Of a DNA stretch of 64,000 bases, positions 48,137-60,844 are shown one piece after another (positions within the stretch are counted from its first letter, which is position 1; every line of letters begins with the position of its first letter). Source of the DNA: Ranitomeya imitator (taxonomy: Eukaryota); assembly GCF_032444005.1 (NCBI RefSeq), contig NC_091288.1, positions 215,078,001 to 215,142,000 on the forward strand, given 5' to 3'. The position numbers and the translations under genes were made by a program. The notes below the pieces were generated by a model. That model saw only the letters and a list, made by a program, of their open reading frames with translations, made no database searches and had not been told where the DNA came from.

Positions 48137-51100
48137 TTTGTGAGACAAGACACAGACACTTCCTGGGAGAGCTTTCCTCAAGATTAAAAAAATGACTATT
48201 ATTTATTTTTTAAAATCCCAACTAGCGATGAGCGAGCCACTATCCGATACTCCATGGAGCGTCGGGGTGCTCGGGTTCGCTCGTTACTTGATCAAGTATT
48301 GCAGGTACTCGAGTCCCCGCCCCACATATTTCGTGGCTGTTAGGGTACGTTCCCACTGTCAGTGTTTGTTCAGGTTTCACTCAGCTGAATTTACGCATGA
48401 ATTCCAAACCTCGGCTCACTTGTGTCCTTGCCGCATGTGTTTTTGTTTCTGTTTCGTATGTTAGATTAGATGTGCAAAGATATAGATAGTCCGCGGCGGG
48501 TTAGACACCTCCATTACTAACCCCAGGGCTTGATGCCCGCTGTGATGCACCAATTTTGGGGAAACTTCCTTCTGAGAATATAAGCCCGCAGCTGTCTGCT
48601 TCACCTGTGCTGATAATATAAGATTGCAGCTGTCTGCTTTACCTGGGCTGGTAATATAAGATTGCAGCTGTCTGCTTTACCTGGGCTGATAATATAAGAT
48701 TGCAGCTGTCTGCTTTACCTGGGCTGATAATATAAGATTGCAGCTGTCTGCTGTACCTGGGCTGATAATATAAGATTGCAGCTGTCTGCTTTACCTGGGC
48801 TGATAATATAAGATTGCAGCTGTCTGCTTTACCTGGGCTGATAATATAAGATTGCAGCTGTCTGCTGTACCTGGGCTGATAATATAAGATTGCAGCTGTC
48901 TGCTGTACCTGGGCTGATAATATAAGATTGCAGCTGTCTGCTTTACCTGGGCTGATAATATAAGATTGCAGCTGTCTGCTTTACCTGGGCTGATAATATA
49001 AGATTGCAGCTGTCTGCTTTACCTGGGCTGATAATATAAGATTGCAGCTGTCTGCTTTACCTGGGCTGATAATATAAGATTGCAGCTGTCTGCTGTACCT
49101 GGGCTGATAATATAAGATTGCAGCTGTCTGCTTTACCTGGGCTGATAATATAAGATTGCAGCTGTCTGCTTTACCTGGGCTGATAATATAAGATTGCAGC
49201 TGTCAACTTTACCATTGCTGGTTATCTAAAATGGGGGGACCCCAAGTTGATCTACTGTCAATGCACCAATTTTGGGGCAACTGCCTTCTGAGAATATAAG
49301 CCCGCAGCTGTCTGCTTTACCTGGGATGATAATATAAGATTGCAGATGTCTGCTTTACCTGGGCTGATAATATAAGATTGCAGCTGTCAACTTTACCATT
49401 GCTGGTTATCTAAAATGGGGGGACCCCAAGTTGATCTACTGTCAATGCACCAATTTTGGGGCAACTGCCTTCTGAGAATATAAGCCCACAGCTGTCTGCT
49501 TTACCTGGGATGATAATATAAGATTGCAGCTGTCTGATTTACCTGGGCTGATAATATAAGATTGCAGCTGTCTGCTATACCTGGGCTGATAATATAAGAT
49601 TGCAGCTGTCTGCTGTACCTGGGCTGATAATATAAGATTGCAGCTGTCTGCTTTACCTGGGCTGATAATATAAGATTGCAGCTGTCTGCTGTACCTGGGC
49701 TGATAATATAAGATTGCAGCTGTCTGCTTTACCTGGGCTGATAATATAAGATTGCAGCTGTCTGCTTTACCTGGGCTGATAATATAAGATTGCAGCTGTC
49801 TGCTTTACCTGGGCTGATAATATAAGATTGCAGCTGTCTGCTTTACCTGGGCTGATAATATAAGATTGCAGATGTCTGCTTTACCTGGGCTGATAATATA
49901 AGTTTGCAGCTGTCTGCTTTACCTGGGCTGATAATATAAGTTTGCAGATGTCTGCTTTACCTGGGCTGATAATATAAGTTTGCAGATGTCTGCTTTACCT
50001 GGGCTGATAATATAAGTTTGCAGCTGTCAACTTTACCATTGCTGGTTATCTAAAATGGGGGGACCCCAAGTTGATCTACTGTCAATGCACCAATTTTGGG
50101 GCAACTGCCTTCTGAGAATATAAGCCCGCAGCTGTCTGCTTTACCTGGGATGATAATATAAGATTGCAGATGTCTGCTTTACCTGGGCTGATAATATAAG
50201 ATTGCAGCGGTCTGCTTTACCTGGGCTGATAATATAAGATTGCAGCTGTCAACTTTACCATTGCTGGTTATCTAAAATGGGGGGACCCCAAGTTGATCTA
50301 CTGTCAATGCACCAATTTTGGGGCAACTGCCTTCTGAGAATATAAGCCCACAGCTGTCTGCTTTACCTGGGATGATAATATAAGATTGCAGCTGTCTGAT
50401 TTACCTGGGCTGATAATATAAGATTGCAGCTGTCTGCTATACCTGGGCTGATAATATAAGATTGCAGCTGTCTGCTGTACCTGGGCTGATAATATAAGAT
50501 TGCAGCTATCTGCTTTACCTGGGCTGATAATATAAGATTGCAGCTGTCTGCTTTACCTGGGCTGATAATATAAGATTGCAGCTGTCTGCTGTACCTGGGC
50601 TGATAATATAAGATTGCAGCTATCTGCTTTACCTGGGCTGATAATATAAGATTGCAGCTGTCTGCTTTACCTGGGCTGATAATATAAGATTGCAGCTGTC
50701 TGCTTTACCTGGGCTGATAATATAAGATTACAGCTGTCTGCTTTACCTAGGCTGATAATATAAGATTGCAGCTGTCTGCTTTACCTGGGCTGATAATATA
50801 AGATTGCAGCTGTCTGCTGTACCTGGGCTGATAATATAAGATTGCAGCTGTCTGCTTTACCTGGGCTGATAATATAAGATTGCAGCTGTCTGCTGTACCT
50901 GGGCTGATAATATAAGATTGCAGCTGTCTGCTTTACCTGGGCTGATAATATAAGATTACAGCGGTCTGCTTTACCTGGGCTGATAATATAAGATTGCAGG
51001 TGTCAACTTTACCATTGCTGGTTATCTAAAATGGGGGGACCCCAAGTTGATCTACTGTCAATGCACCAATTTTGGGGCGACTGCCTTCTGAGAATATAAG

Positions 51101-53887
51101 CCCGCAGCTGTCTGCTTTACCTGGGCTGATAATATAAGATTGCAGCTGTCTGATTTACCTGGGCTGATAATATAAGATTGCAGCTGTCTGCTATACCTGG
51201 GCTGATAATATAAGATTGCAGCGGTCTGCTTTACCATTACTGGTTATCAAAAATGGGGGGCCCCAAGTTGTTTTTTTTTTTTTTCAATTATTTATTAAAC
51301 AAGTACATTAAATCACACACATAAGAAACTAATTAAATATCTTACGGATATCTATCTATAAATTTGCACATCTAATACTTAAACCTATTTTGCATTTTAT
51401 TCTGGTACGTGTCACACGGATGGCACAGAGATGTCACACCTTGTGTCATCCATGTATGGGACGTGTTGACATTCATGCTGCCGGAAAAAATAGACATGAG
51501 CGCAGGGTACGTGTGCCAACAGGGGAGTGTTTTCCAGAGATGATGTAATTAGCACAAACAAAAAAGTATTTCTATGAAGTTGGACTGTAGTAAAGGACTA
51601 TCTGACCACTACAGTGGGGACAGTGACTGTAAAGGCAGTGATGAGGTGGCTGAGCCAATGAGGAGGGGCAGCTGCTGTCACATGGGTCTTCTTGTGATCC
51701 CTCCCACAATCCTATTCACTACAACATGGAGACACAAGCGAACCAGAGAACATGGAAAAAAAGTGTTTATTATTCAAGTTATTCACTTTAAACATTTTTG
51801 TGAACATTTATATCTGTTTAGAAGCTTTTAACAGCAAAGTGTGTTATCGCACAACCCCTTTAGAGCATAACAATGGTCGTGGCAGAGGTACGACCACGGT
51901 CAGGCCCGGGCAGAAGGGGGTGCGCCGATGCCAGTGTCACCTGGATGTGCATCCTCAGACGTACTGTCAGGTGAAATGTATTGTGGCACAGAGACATGCT
52001 GGCTCCCTGCACTGGAATGCACGCCGCCGGCCAATCAGAGCCAGCAGCAGACGTTTGTCAGTGAAACATGGCACATGGCAGTGATGCCATGCGCTGCCCG
52101 TAATGGCATGTTGAAGTCAGCTGCCAGCTCCGCTCGGTGTGGGAGAGGAGAAGGTGAGTAGAATCGTTTGTTTCTTCTTAAAATATCAAGAACAAGAACG
52201 GAAGGTGGACCAACATTATACCAGAATTGGGGATATTATACCAGGATGGTGACATTATACCAGGATGGTGGATATTATACCAGGATGGGGACATTATACC
52301 AGGATTGGGGATATTATACCAGGATTGGGGATATTATACCAGGATGGGGACATTATACCAGGATGGGTGACATTATACCAGGATTGGGGATATTATACCA
52401 GGATTGGGACATTATACCAGGATGGGTGACATTATACCAGGATGGTGGATATTATACCAGGATGGCGGACCTTATACCAGAATTGGGGACATTATACCAG
52501 AATTGGGAATATTATACCAGGATGGGGACATTATACCAGAATTGGGGATATTATACCAGGATGGGGTCATTATACCAGGATTGGGGATATTATACCAGGA
52601 TTGGGACATTATACCAGGATGGGTGACATTATACCAGAATTGGGGATATTATACCAGGATTGGGACATTATACCAGGATGGGTGACATTATACCAGAATT
52701 GGGGATATTATACCAGGATGGGGACATTATACCAGGATGGTGGATATTATACCAGGATAGGGGACCTTATACCAGAATTGGGTAAATTACAATAGCATTA
52801 ATTGGGGACATTATACCAGAATTGGGAATATTATACCAGGATGGGGACATTATACCAGAATTGGGGATATTATACCAGGATGGGGACATTATACCAGAAT
52901 TGGGGATATTATACCAGGATGGTGACATTATACCAGAATTTGGGATATCATACCAGGCTGGTGGACATTATACCAAAATTGGGGATATTATACCACGATG
53001 GGGGACATTATATCAAAAGTGGGGATATTATACCATGATGGGGACATTATTCCAGAATTGGGGATATTATACCAGGATGGGGGACATTATGCCAAAATTG
53101 GGGATATTATACCAGGATGGGGGACATTATACCAGAATCGGGACTATTATAGCAGCATTGGAGCATTATACCAGGATGGGGGACATTATACAAGCACTGG
53201 GGACATTATACCAGAATGGGGGATCTTATTCCAGGATGGGGGACATTATACCAGAATTTGGGACATTATACCAGAATTGGGGATATTATATCAGCATGGG
53301 GGACACTATACCACTATGGGGGGCATCATACCAGGAAGGGGCCCTTGATGGGGAAAAAATGTTATAGCATTGGGCCAAGGATGGGGGAGATTACTACAAA
53401 AAAAGAGTCAGGACAGGGGACATAATTATGGGGAGCAAACGCATGTCTTTATAGGATCTAGACTGCTAGAAGGGCCCAGACATCTGACCAATGTGCAGGT
53501 GGTGGACCAGGTCCAAATTTTACACGAAGGATCACCAGACTATAATTAGGCCACTGAATACGTAGACAGAGGTGAAAATTACTGGAAACAATAAGGGGAT
53601 GGAACTTGCAGCTAAATCAAATCTTATGAGGTCGGGGACTAAATATACATTTTTGTATTTCTCTAAAAATGTTTTAACTTTATTTTTTTGTTTTGTTTAT
53701 TTCCAGTAGAGACCATGGAAGCGCAATTCCCTTATTACTGAAATAACGACACGCAAAACTTTGCCTGCGATTGTGTAACGCTGAGTTGCAGCCCATCGGG
53801 CCCAGCCTGCGGTCAGGACAGAATGTTAGATCTAAAAGGGTAAATGATAGAAGATTCACTTTACTGCTGCAATAATTATCATTCTAA

Positions 53888-55459
53888 TTATTTTATGATT
53901 TTCATGACACAATTATCATACAGATGTAAAGCGGCATAGAGCGGCTCGGAGAAGGAGGCGGTGAAGGTGTGTAAGTGTCTGATGGAGTCACATACACGAT
54001 AGAAGGACAGACGCCCGGCCTCGTAATCCAGATAGATCCCCACAACCTGCACAGGAGAATCTAATAACATCTGATTATGGATATTGTTATGACTTGCGAA
54101 AAGGTTTTTCTCACAAATGATGGCCCACGACTTCTCATTGAAGCCAATAAAAGTTACGTTTTCATTCGCCTTCCTCTCCAGACTTTCCCCGGCCACCCCT
54201 ATCATCCAACTACTCGCCTGACTCGCGTCCACCTCCCAGTAATGTCTCCCAGAGGAGAAACTACGGGAACCTAGCACTTGACGAGATTTGAACCTTTTGG
54301 GCCCATCGGGTCTGTTCTGTGACGTAGCGGTATGAGAAGCAGATCTGAGATCCTGAGATATAATAATGTTATTCTGAGCCGTGTCTACATCCAGTAATAT
54401 TTCAGATTTCTCCATCACTGGAAACTCTCTCTTCTTTAGATCCATCAGATTATCGGCAAAGTTCCCCAGTCCTCCGTGTAATATCTGTGAGACTAGGCCT
54501 TCATCCACACACGGAGGACCTCTTACATCACCGATGACCTCACAGCTCCCAGAACTGATGTCACCATGGCTTAACTCTTCTTGCAGAAAGGTCAGTGGAT
54601 AAGTGATATTACATAGTCCCTCAAGACTATTCATTTTCTTGGCCAGTTTGTCCACATGAAGCTCTACCGGTTTGACCAGTTCGGTGACTGATAGTAACAC
54701 CTGATTCCTCTGTCTGCAAATTTCTCCCTGGATTCTCTTTTCGAGATCATCCAGCTTCTTCCTGAGATTTGTAAATAGGAGAGCGACTCTGTCGGTGACT
54801 CTGGAAGATTTCTTTCTCTGTTTTGTCCCATGATCCTTTAGATTCTGGATTCTTTTTTCAGCTTCTTCTCTGTTGGATTTAATTTCCTCCAAGACAAATT
54901 GTATTTTCTCCTTCTTCTTCTCAGAGGCCACATCCAGTAGCTCCACATCATGTCCCTTGTGGTCTCCGGCCACCCAGCAGGACACACAGATACAGGCGAC
55001 GTCTATAGGACAGTAGTATTTCAGCATCTCCTTGTGTGTGGAGCATTTTCTTTCCTCCAGGGTATCAGTGGGGTCAACTAAGGTATGTTCTGGTGACTTA
55101 CTGTGTCTGCTTAGGTGTTTTTCACAAAAAGACGCCTCACACTGTAGACATGTTCTTACAGCCGGGGCAGGAGAATCACAGTAAGTACAGAAGATTCTGG
55201 TCTCCTCCATATCAGGCTGAGTAGATGAGAAATGCTCCACTATGTTCCTCAGCTTCCGGTTCTTCTCCAGGGCCGGACGCTCCGGATATTCTGCTCTGCA
55301 GTCAGGACAGGAATACCCTCCAGCCGCCTCCTGTGCATCCAGCACACTCACAATACACGAGCGGCAGAAGTTGTGTCCACATCTCAGGGATACGGGATCT
55401 GTATAGAGGCTCAGGCAGATGGAGCAGTTCAGCTCGTCCCTCAGCTCTGCAGACGCCAT
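53888..55459 (-). CDS. Intronless TRIM E3 ligase (RBBCC-PRY/SPRY), 523 aa; here TRIM-B
   Basis: Start MASAEL at 55459, in the same CCACCACAATG context as the paralogues; the track's upstream extension is probably UTR. All domains intact. Confidence 0.95.
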   Translation of the reverse strand: MASAELRDELNCSICLSLYTDPVSLRCGHNFCRSCIVSVLDAQEAAGGYSCPDCRAEYPERPALEKNRKLRNIVEHFSSTQPDMEETRIFCTYCDSPAPAVRTCLQCEASFCEKHLSRHSKSPEHTLVDPTDTLEERKCSTHKEMLKYYCPIDVACICVSCWVAGDHKGHDVELLDVASEKKKEKIQFVLEEIKSNREEAEKRIQNLKDHGTKQRKKSSRVTDRVALLFTNLRKKLDDLEKRIQGEICRQRNQVLLSVTELVKPVELHVDKLAKKMNSLEGLCNITYPLTFLQEELSHGDISSGSCEVIGDVRGPPCVDEGLVSQILHGGLGNFADNLMDLKKREFPVMEKSEILLDVDTAQNNIIISQDLRSASHTATSQNRPDGPKRFKSRQVLGSRSFSSGRHYWEVDASQASSWMIGVAGESLERKANENVTFIGFNEKSWAIICEKNLFASHNNIHNQMLLDSPVQVVGIYLDYEAGRLSFYRVCDSIRHLHTFTASFSEPLYAALHLYDNCVMKIIK

Positions 55460-55829
55460 TGTGGTGGGAAAGAGCGGGAACCTAAACCTGAAAAGTTTCT
55501 TCACACAAGGGAGGAGGAGGGTTTTTCCATTGCAATTAACCCCTGTAGCTCTGGAAGCAATAGGCACGCACTATATTGTAAATATAGTGGAATGTCTCAG
55601 ATGCCGCAGAACCTCACAATGGAGAACATCCGCTGCTGCGGCTACAGTTAATAGTATGACTAATAAGGCTTCCTAGTGAAGTATGAGAATATTACAAGTC
55701 TCCAACTACGATCTGTACGGATAAGCTCAGCTTGTAAACCTGTACTTTTATGTGATCATGGATCTGATCTGTTTGATGACTTATAATATATTGGAGGGAA
55801 GATGGCTTCACCAGCGAGGATAACAACAT

Positions 55830-57076
55830 CATACACACGACATGACCAAACCGCTGCACGACCAGCTCTACCCTCGCCTACTGTATCCTCACCCATCCCT
55901 TGTAGATTGTGAGCCCTCGCGGGCAGGGTCCTCTCTCCTCCTGTATCCTCACCCATCCCTTGTAGATTGTGAGCCTTCGCGGGCAGGGTCCTCTCTCCTC
56001 CTGTATCCTCACCCATCCCTTGTAGATTGTGAGCCCTCGCGGGCAGGGTCCTCTCTCCTCCTGTATCCTCATCCATCCCTTGTAGATTGTGAGCCCTCGC
56101 GGGCAGGGTCCTCTCTCCACCTGTATCCTCATCCATCCCTTGTAGATTGTGAGCCCACGCGGGCAGGGTCCTCTCTCCACCTGTATCCTCACCCATCCCT
56201 TGTAGATTGTGAGCCCTCGCGGGCAGGGTCCTCTCTCCTCCTGTATCCTCACCCATCCCTTGTAGATTGTGAGCCCTCGCGGGCAGGGTCCTCTCCACCT
56301 GTATCCTCACCCATCCCTTGTAGATTGTGAGCCCTCGCGGGCAGGGTCCTCTCTCCACCTGTATCCTCACCCATCCCTTGTAGATTGTGAGCCCTCGCGG
56401 GCAGGGTCCTCTCTCCACCTGTATCCTCACCCATCCCTTGTAGATTGTGAGCCCTCGCGGGCAGGGTCCTCTCTCCTCCTGTATCCTCACCCATCCCTTG
56501 TAGATTGTGAGCCCTCGCGGGCAGGGTCCTCTCTCCACCTGTATCCTCACCCATCCCTAGTAGATTGTGAGCCCTCGCGGGCAGGGTCCTCTCTCCTCCT
56601 GTATCCTCACCCATCCCTTGTAGATTGTGAGCCCTCACGGGCAGGGTCCTCTCCACCTGTATCCTCACCCATCCCTTGTAGATTGTGAGCCCTCGCGGGC
56701 AGGGTCCTCTCTCCACCTGTATCCTCACCCATCCCTTGTAGATTGTGAGCCCTCGCGGGCAGGGTCCTCTCTCCACCTGTATCCTCACCCATCCCTTGTA
56801 GATTGTGAGCCCTCGCGGGCAGGGTCCTCTCTCCTCCTGTATCCTCACCCATCCCTTGTAGATTGTGAGCCCTCGCGGGCAGGGTCCTCTCTCCACCTGT
56901 ATCCTCACCCATCGCTTGCAGACTGTGAGCCCTCGCGGGCAGGGTCCTCTCTCCTCCTGTACCAGTTATGACTTATATTGTTTAAGATTATTGTACTTGT
57001 TTTTATTATGTATACCCCTCCTCACATGTAAAGCGTCATGGAATAAATGGCGCTATAACAATAAATAATAATAATA
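55830..57076 (+). mobile_element. L2/CR1-type LINE 3' end with an internally amplified 60-bp unit (about 18 copies, 55881-56960)
   Basis: Unit CTGTATCCTCACCCATCCCTTGTAGATTGTGAGCCCTCGCGGGCAGGGTCCTCTCTCC(T/A)C. It is followed by the tail TGTAAAGCGTCATGGAATAAATGGCGCTATAACAATAAATAATAATAATA, typical of amphibian L2 3' ends. Confidence 0.75.
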
Positions 57077-57414
57077 CAGGGAACTCGTCACACCAATTTT
57101 TTCAATAACTTTCTCCCTAGAGACAGTTTCAGTATGGTCGTAATTTACCAAAGACTTGAGGGCAACACCGTGTCAATATGGAGGCAGAGTCTACGTTGTG
57201 CCTATTCTTTAGCACATTTTCCCTAGAATATGAAGAATTCCTCCTAAAAGTACAAATCCTTTTCAGTTTTTTTCCTGGAAAATATGACATTGTGTCAACC
57301 CTAAAAATCAAATACTGGAAGGTAAGAGATTCGCGGCCTCCCGTCTCGATGGCAGCTAGCACTGACCTGGACGCTGGACCACAGTCCCGCAAATCGATCC
57401 TCATCTCTAGTAAT

Positions 57415-60341
57415 ACCTTTGGAATACTTCCGATCTCAGTGATTCTTTTCTGATTTTTTCATGGCACGTTGTACTTTATGGTAGTAATAAATTTTAATCA
57501 ATGTTTTAATTTTATTCATTCTGATGTTCAACTACATGACATAACAAATTCAAGTGATATGTTATAAACAAACATTCTCTTTCTTACACAAAATCCTTTT
57601 TTTTTTTTCGGGGCAGATGTCATACTGATAAGCAGGATCCTTTTTATACCCCTCTTGGTACACTCTGCACAATTTTTTCTCTTTTTTTCCTACTTTACAG
57701 TTTGGGGAACTTCACCTGGGAAATGTGGCAATGTGATGATTGCATGTGGCCGCGCTTTCAGAAGTCCTTGTCTTCCACCCCTACTCGGTCTTGATAACCA
57801 TGTCTTGATGCATCGTGGATAGGACAGTCCAATCATGGAGTTCTTTGACTCATATACTGTATACAAAATTTATGGGTGTACCTGGATGCAGTGTAACACA
57901 GTTTGTATAACTTTACGTCATACCTTGCTGTTATTTGGTGGAATTGAAAGCTCCCAAGATGAACAGAGGGCGCGTGAGTCCAAATGTTTTGCTCAATAGT
58001 AAATGCCTCAACAGGTTTAGTACTGACGGGCCAATGTATGTATCCTAAGAACACTGAACTCACAATTGAATCCATAAACTCTGGATGACACCAAAAGCCT
58101 AGACCATGAGCTGTTAGGAGGGTCGTAAAATCTGTGAGTCAGGAAGACAATTGTGTGTCCTGTAGTATATAGCCTTTTGTTCTGTTGATAAGAGAAAATA
58201 ATGCACCAACATGGGAGACATCTTGGAAGGCACATAACCTCTGTGGTGTTTGGATTACAAACCATTGTTCTTGAGGGACATCTTGCATCCATCCTAAACG
58301 GAATTTGAACCTGTCCTCAGGGCCTTTTGGCTATATACAAGGACGCCATCTTCAGGAAAATGAAGGGCCACTGCAATCATGCTTGACTCTTGACCCTCTA
58401 CTCTACTCTGGACCTAAGAGTGCCACCTTCAGGAAAGCATGGACCTCAGCAGCCATGTGCATGATTCTGGAGAACTCTAAAGACTGACCTGATTGGGTGG
58501 TGCTATTATGTGGAGGTGTTACAGGGATGGGCAAAGTATGGGCTATGTCTGACTGTGTGACGTGTATATATAAAGGTAGCACACCAAGCTAGTTAGGTAT
58601 CTTCCAACTTCCCACCTTACACCACCCTCTCCTTTTTCCCTTTCATTGTGCCCTTGCCCTTTAGGTTTCCGTTATGTATGTTATTGTAAATATCCTACTT
58701 GTAATAAATCCACTGAGTCCTTGTCATGGATTGTATGATAAACCCACAATCAGGTATGTACATATGCAAAGTTCCCTCAAAGTTCCTCATCTCCGCTGCA
58801 TTAATAGGTGTCAATCTGTGATGCTTGGCAAATACAAATGTATGGCTTTGGGATAGAAATGTACTCCACATAGATATTTGCCTGGATTCCCATTAATTTC
58901 ATTAGAGAAATAAACCTCTCCCCCCCACGATGAAAGGACTGCAGTTATTAACATTCCCTTCATCACCGTCATTGTGGTTTCATCTATTTACAGGGTTTGT
59001 TACGTGGCCACTACTTCCTTTTCTAGCCCTGTCGTTCACCCAAACAGTAGTTTTCCCCCATATATTAGGAATCGGCGTACTCAAGAGAAATTGCACAACA
59101 CATTGTTTGGTCCATTTCTCCCGTTACTCTTGTGAAAATAAAAAAATTGGGGCTAAAACAAAATTTTTGTTGTGAAAATGTGATTTTTTTATTTCCACGG
59201 CTCAGCGTTATAAAATTCTGTGAAGCTCCTGGGGCTTCGAAGTGCTCACTACACATCTAGATAAATTCCTTGAGGGGGTCTAGTTTCCAAAATGGGTCCC
59301 TTGTGGGGGGTTTCCACTATTTAGGCACCTCAGGGACTCTCCAAACGCAACATTGTGTCCTCTATCAGTTCCAGCCAATTTTACATTCAAAAAGTCAAAT
59401 GGCGCTCCTTCCCTTCAGAGCCCTGCCATGCGCCAAAACAGTAGTTTGGCTAAAGTAATATTTTTATAAAACTTTAATTTTTTTCCTTACACATTGCTTT
59501 AGCTCCTGTGATGCACCCGAAAGGTTAATAAACTTTGTGAATGTGGTTTTGAGCAGTTTGAAAGGTGCAGTTTTTAGAATGGTGTCACTTCTGAGTATTT
59601 TCTGTAATGTAGACCCCTCAAAGTGACTTAAAATGTGATGTGGTCCCTAAAAAAATTATTTTTAAAACTTTGCGGGAAACTGAGAAATTGCTCACTAAGG
59701 CTACGTTCAGATTAGCGGCGACGCACGCGTCATGCGCCCCTATGTTTAACATGGGGGACGCATGCGTTTTTCTTGTTGCGTTTTCCGACACGTGCGTCGT
59801 TTTTGACGCTAGCGTCGGACGCAAGAAAATGCAACAAGTTGCATTTTTCTTGCGTCTGATTTTCGTTGCAAAACGCAGCGTTTTTGCGTGCGTTTGCACG
59901 CGTTTTTTCGTGCGTCGTGCGTTGCGTCGCCGACGCAGCGGCGCGCAACGCTAATCTGAACGTAGCCTAACTTTTAATCCTTCTGACAAAAAAAATTTAT
60001 ATATATTTCAAAAATTGTGCTAATGTAAAGTAGACATTGTCAGAAAAGTTATTTATTAACTATTTTGTATTACATAACGCTCTGGTTTTAGGGCATAAAA
60101 ATGAAAAGTTTGACATTTTCTAAATTTTTGCCAAATATCCAATATTTTCAGAAATAAACACAAGTCATATCAAACAAATGTAACCACTATCATGAAGTAC
60201 AATATGTCACATAAAATAATCTCAGAATCACTGGTATATGTTGAATCGTTCTAGAGTCATTACCTCATAAAGGGACACTGGTCAGAATTGAAAAAAATTG
60301 TTCTGGTCACGAAGGTGAAAACAGGATCTGGAGTGAAAGGG
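57415..60341 (-). mobile_element. Decayed piggyBac element with PGBD4-like transposase remnants
   Basis: Minus-strand remnants EQNI...ARYDVKLYKLCYTASRYTHKFC (57833-58075) and frameshifted C-terminal HFPGEVPQT...CRV...YQYDICP (about 57590-57730). One end is AAAGGG|TTAA at 60341/60342; the other end was not found. Confidence 0.8.
59699..59967. mobile_element. PIF/Harbinger-type palindromic MITE (269 bp) nested in the piggyBac
   Basis: Perfect 19-bp TIR GGCTACGTTCAGATTAGCG; 3-bp TSD TAA at 59696-59698 and 59968-59970. Confidence 0.92.
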
Positions 60342-60844
60342 TTAAAGCCCATTTCCACCTTCACAGCAACATTTGCGAAAAAAAATTACAACAGGTCTTG
60401 AATCTTGATTAAAAAAATTCTTTTTTTTTTGTATACAGCTCAAATGCAAACCTAAACATCTCCATGACAACAGACAATAAATCCTGTGTAGACATTATGT
60501 GGTAAAGTTAGGTAGGATTCAATACATACATATAGATGAAAATTATTAAGGGGGAGTAACTCGCAGCTAAATAATATCTTATCATGGGGACTAAAATGTT
60601 TGTTTTTATTTACCTAAAAAAAATTTGTAATTTTTATCATTTTTCCTTTAGTCCCAGCAGGTACCATGGAAGTGCGATCCTCTGATTACTGAAATTAAAG
60701 ACATGGCAAACATTGCCTGCGAGTGTAACGCTGATCTGCAGGCCATCAGGCCCAGCCTGCGATCACGACAGTGTTAGACCTAAAAGTGTGAATGATAGAA
60801 GGTGAAGATTCACTTTACGCTTTATTGTCACCATTTTGTTGTAA

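Larger units (their letters stand above)
41336..54871. repeat. 6,768-bp direct tandem segmental duplication (copy 1 41336-48103, copy 2 48104-54871)
   Basis: All ORF-track entries recur at +6768 (41424/48192, 44806/51574, 47120/53888). Junction ...CTTCTTCTCT|CCCTAGC has 2-bp CT microhomology. One difference seen by eye: A47915 vs G54683. Confidence 0.97.

Noticed and set aside
55460-55567. N-terminal extensions of TRIM-B (and TRIM-C, 62423-62461) in the ORF track
   Set aside because: Not shared between paralogues; the common ATG of MASAEL has a good context in all three.
55756-57068. Repeat-protein-like ORFs (RIQVERGPCPRGLTIYKGW; LYPHPSLVDCEPSRAGSS)
   Set aside because: The 60-bp unit is a multiple of three and derives from a LINE 3' UTR.
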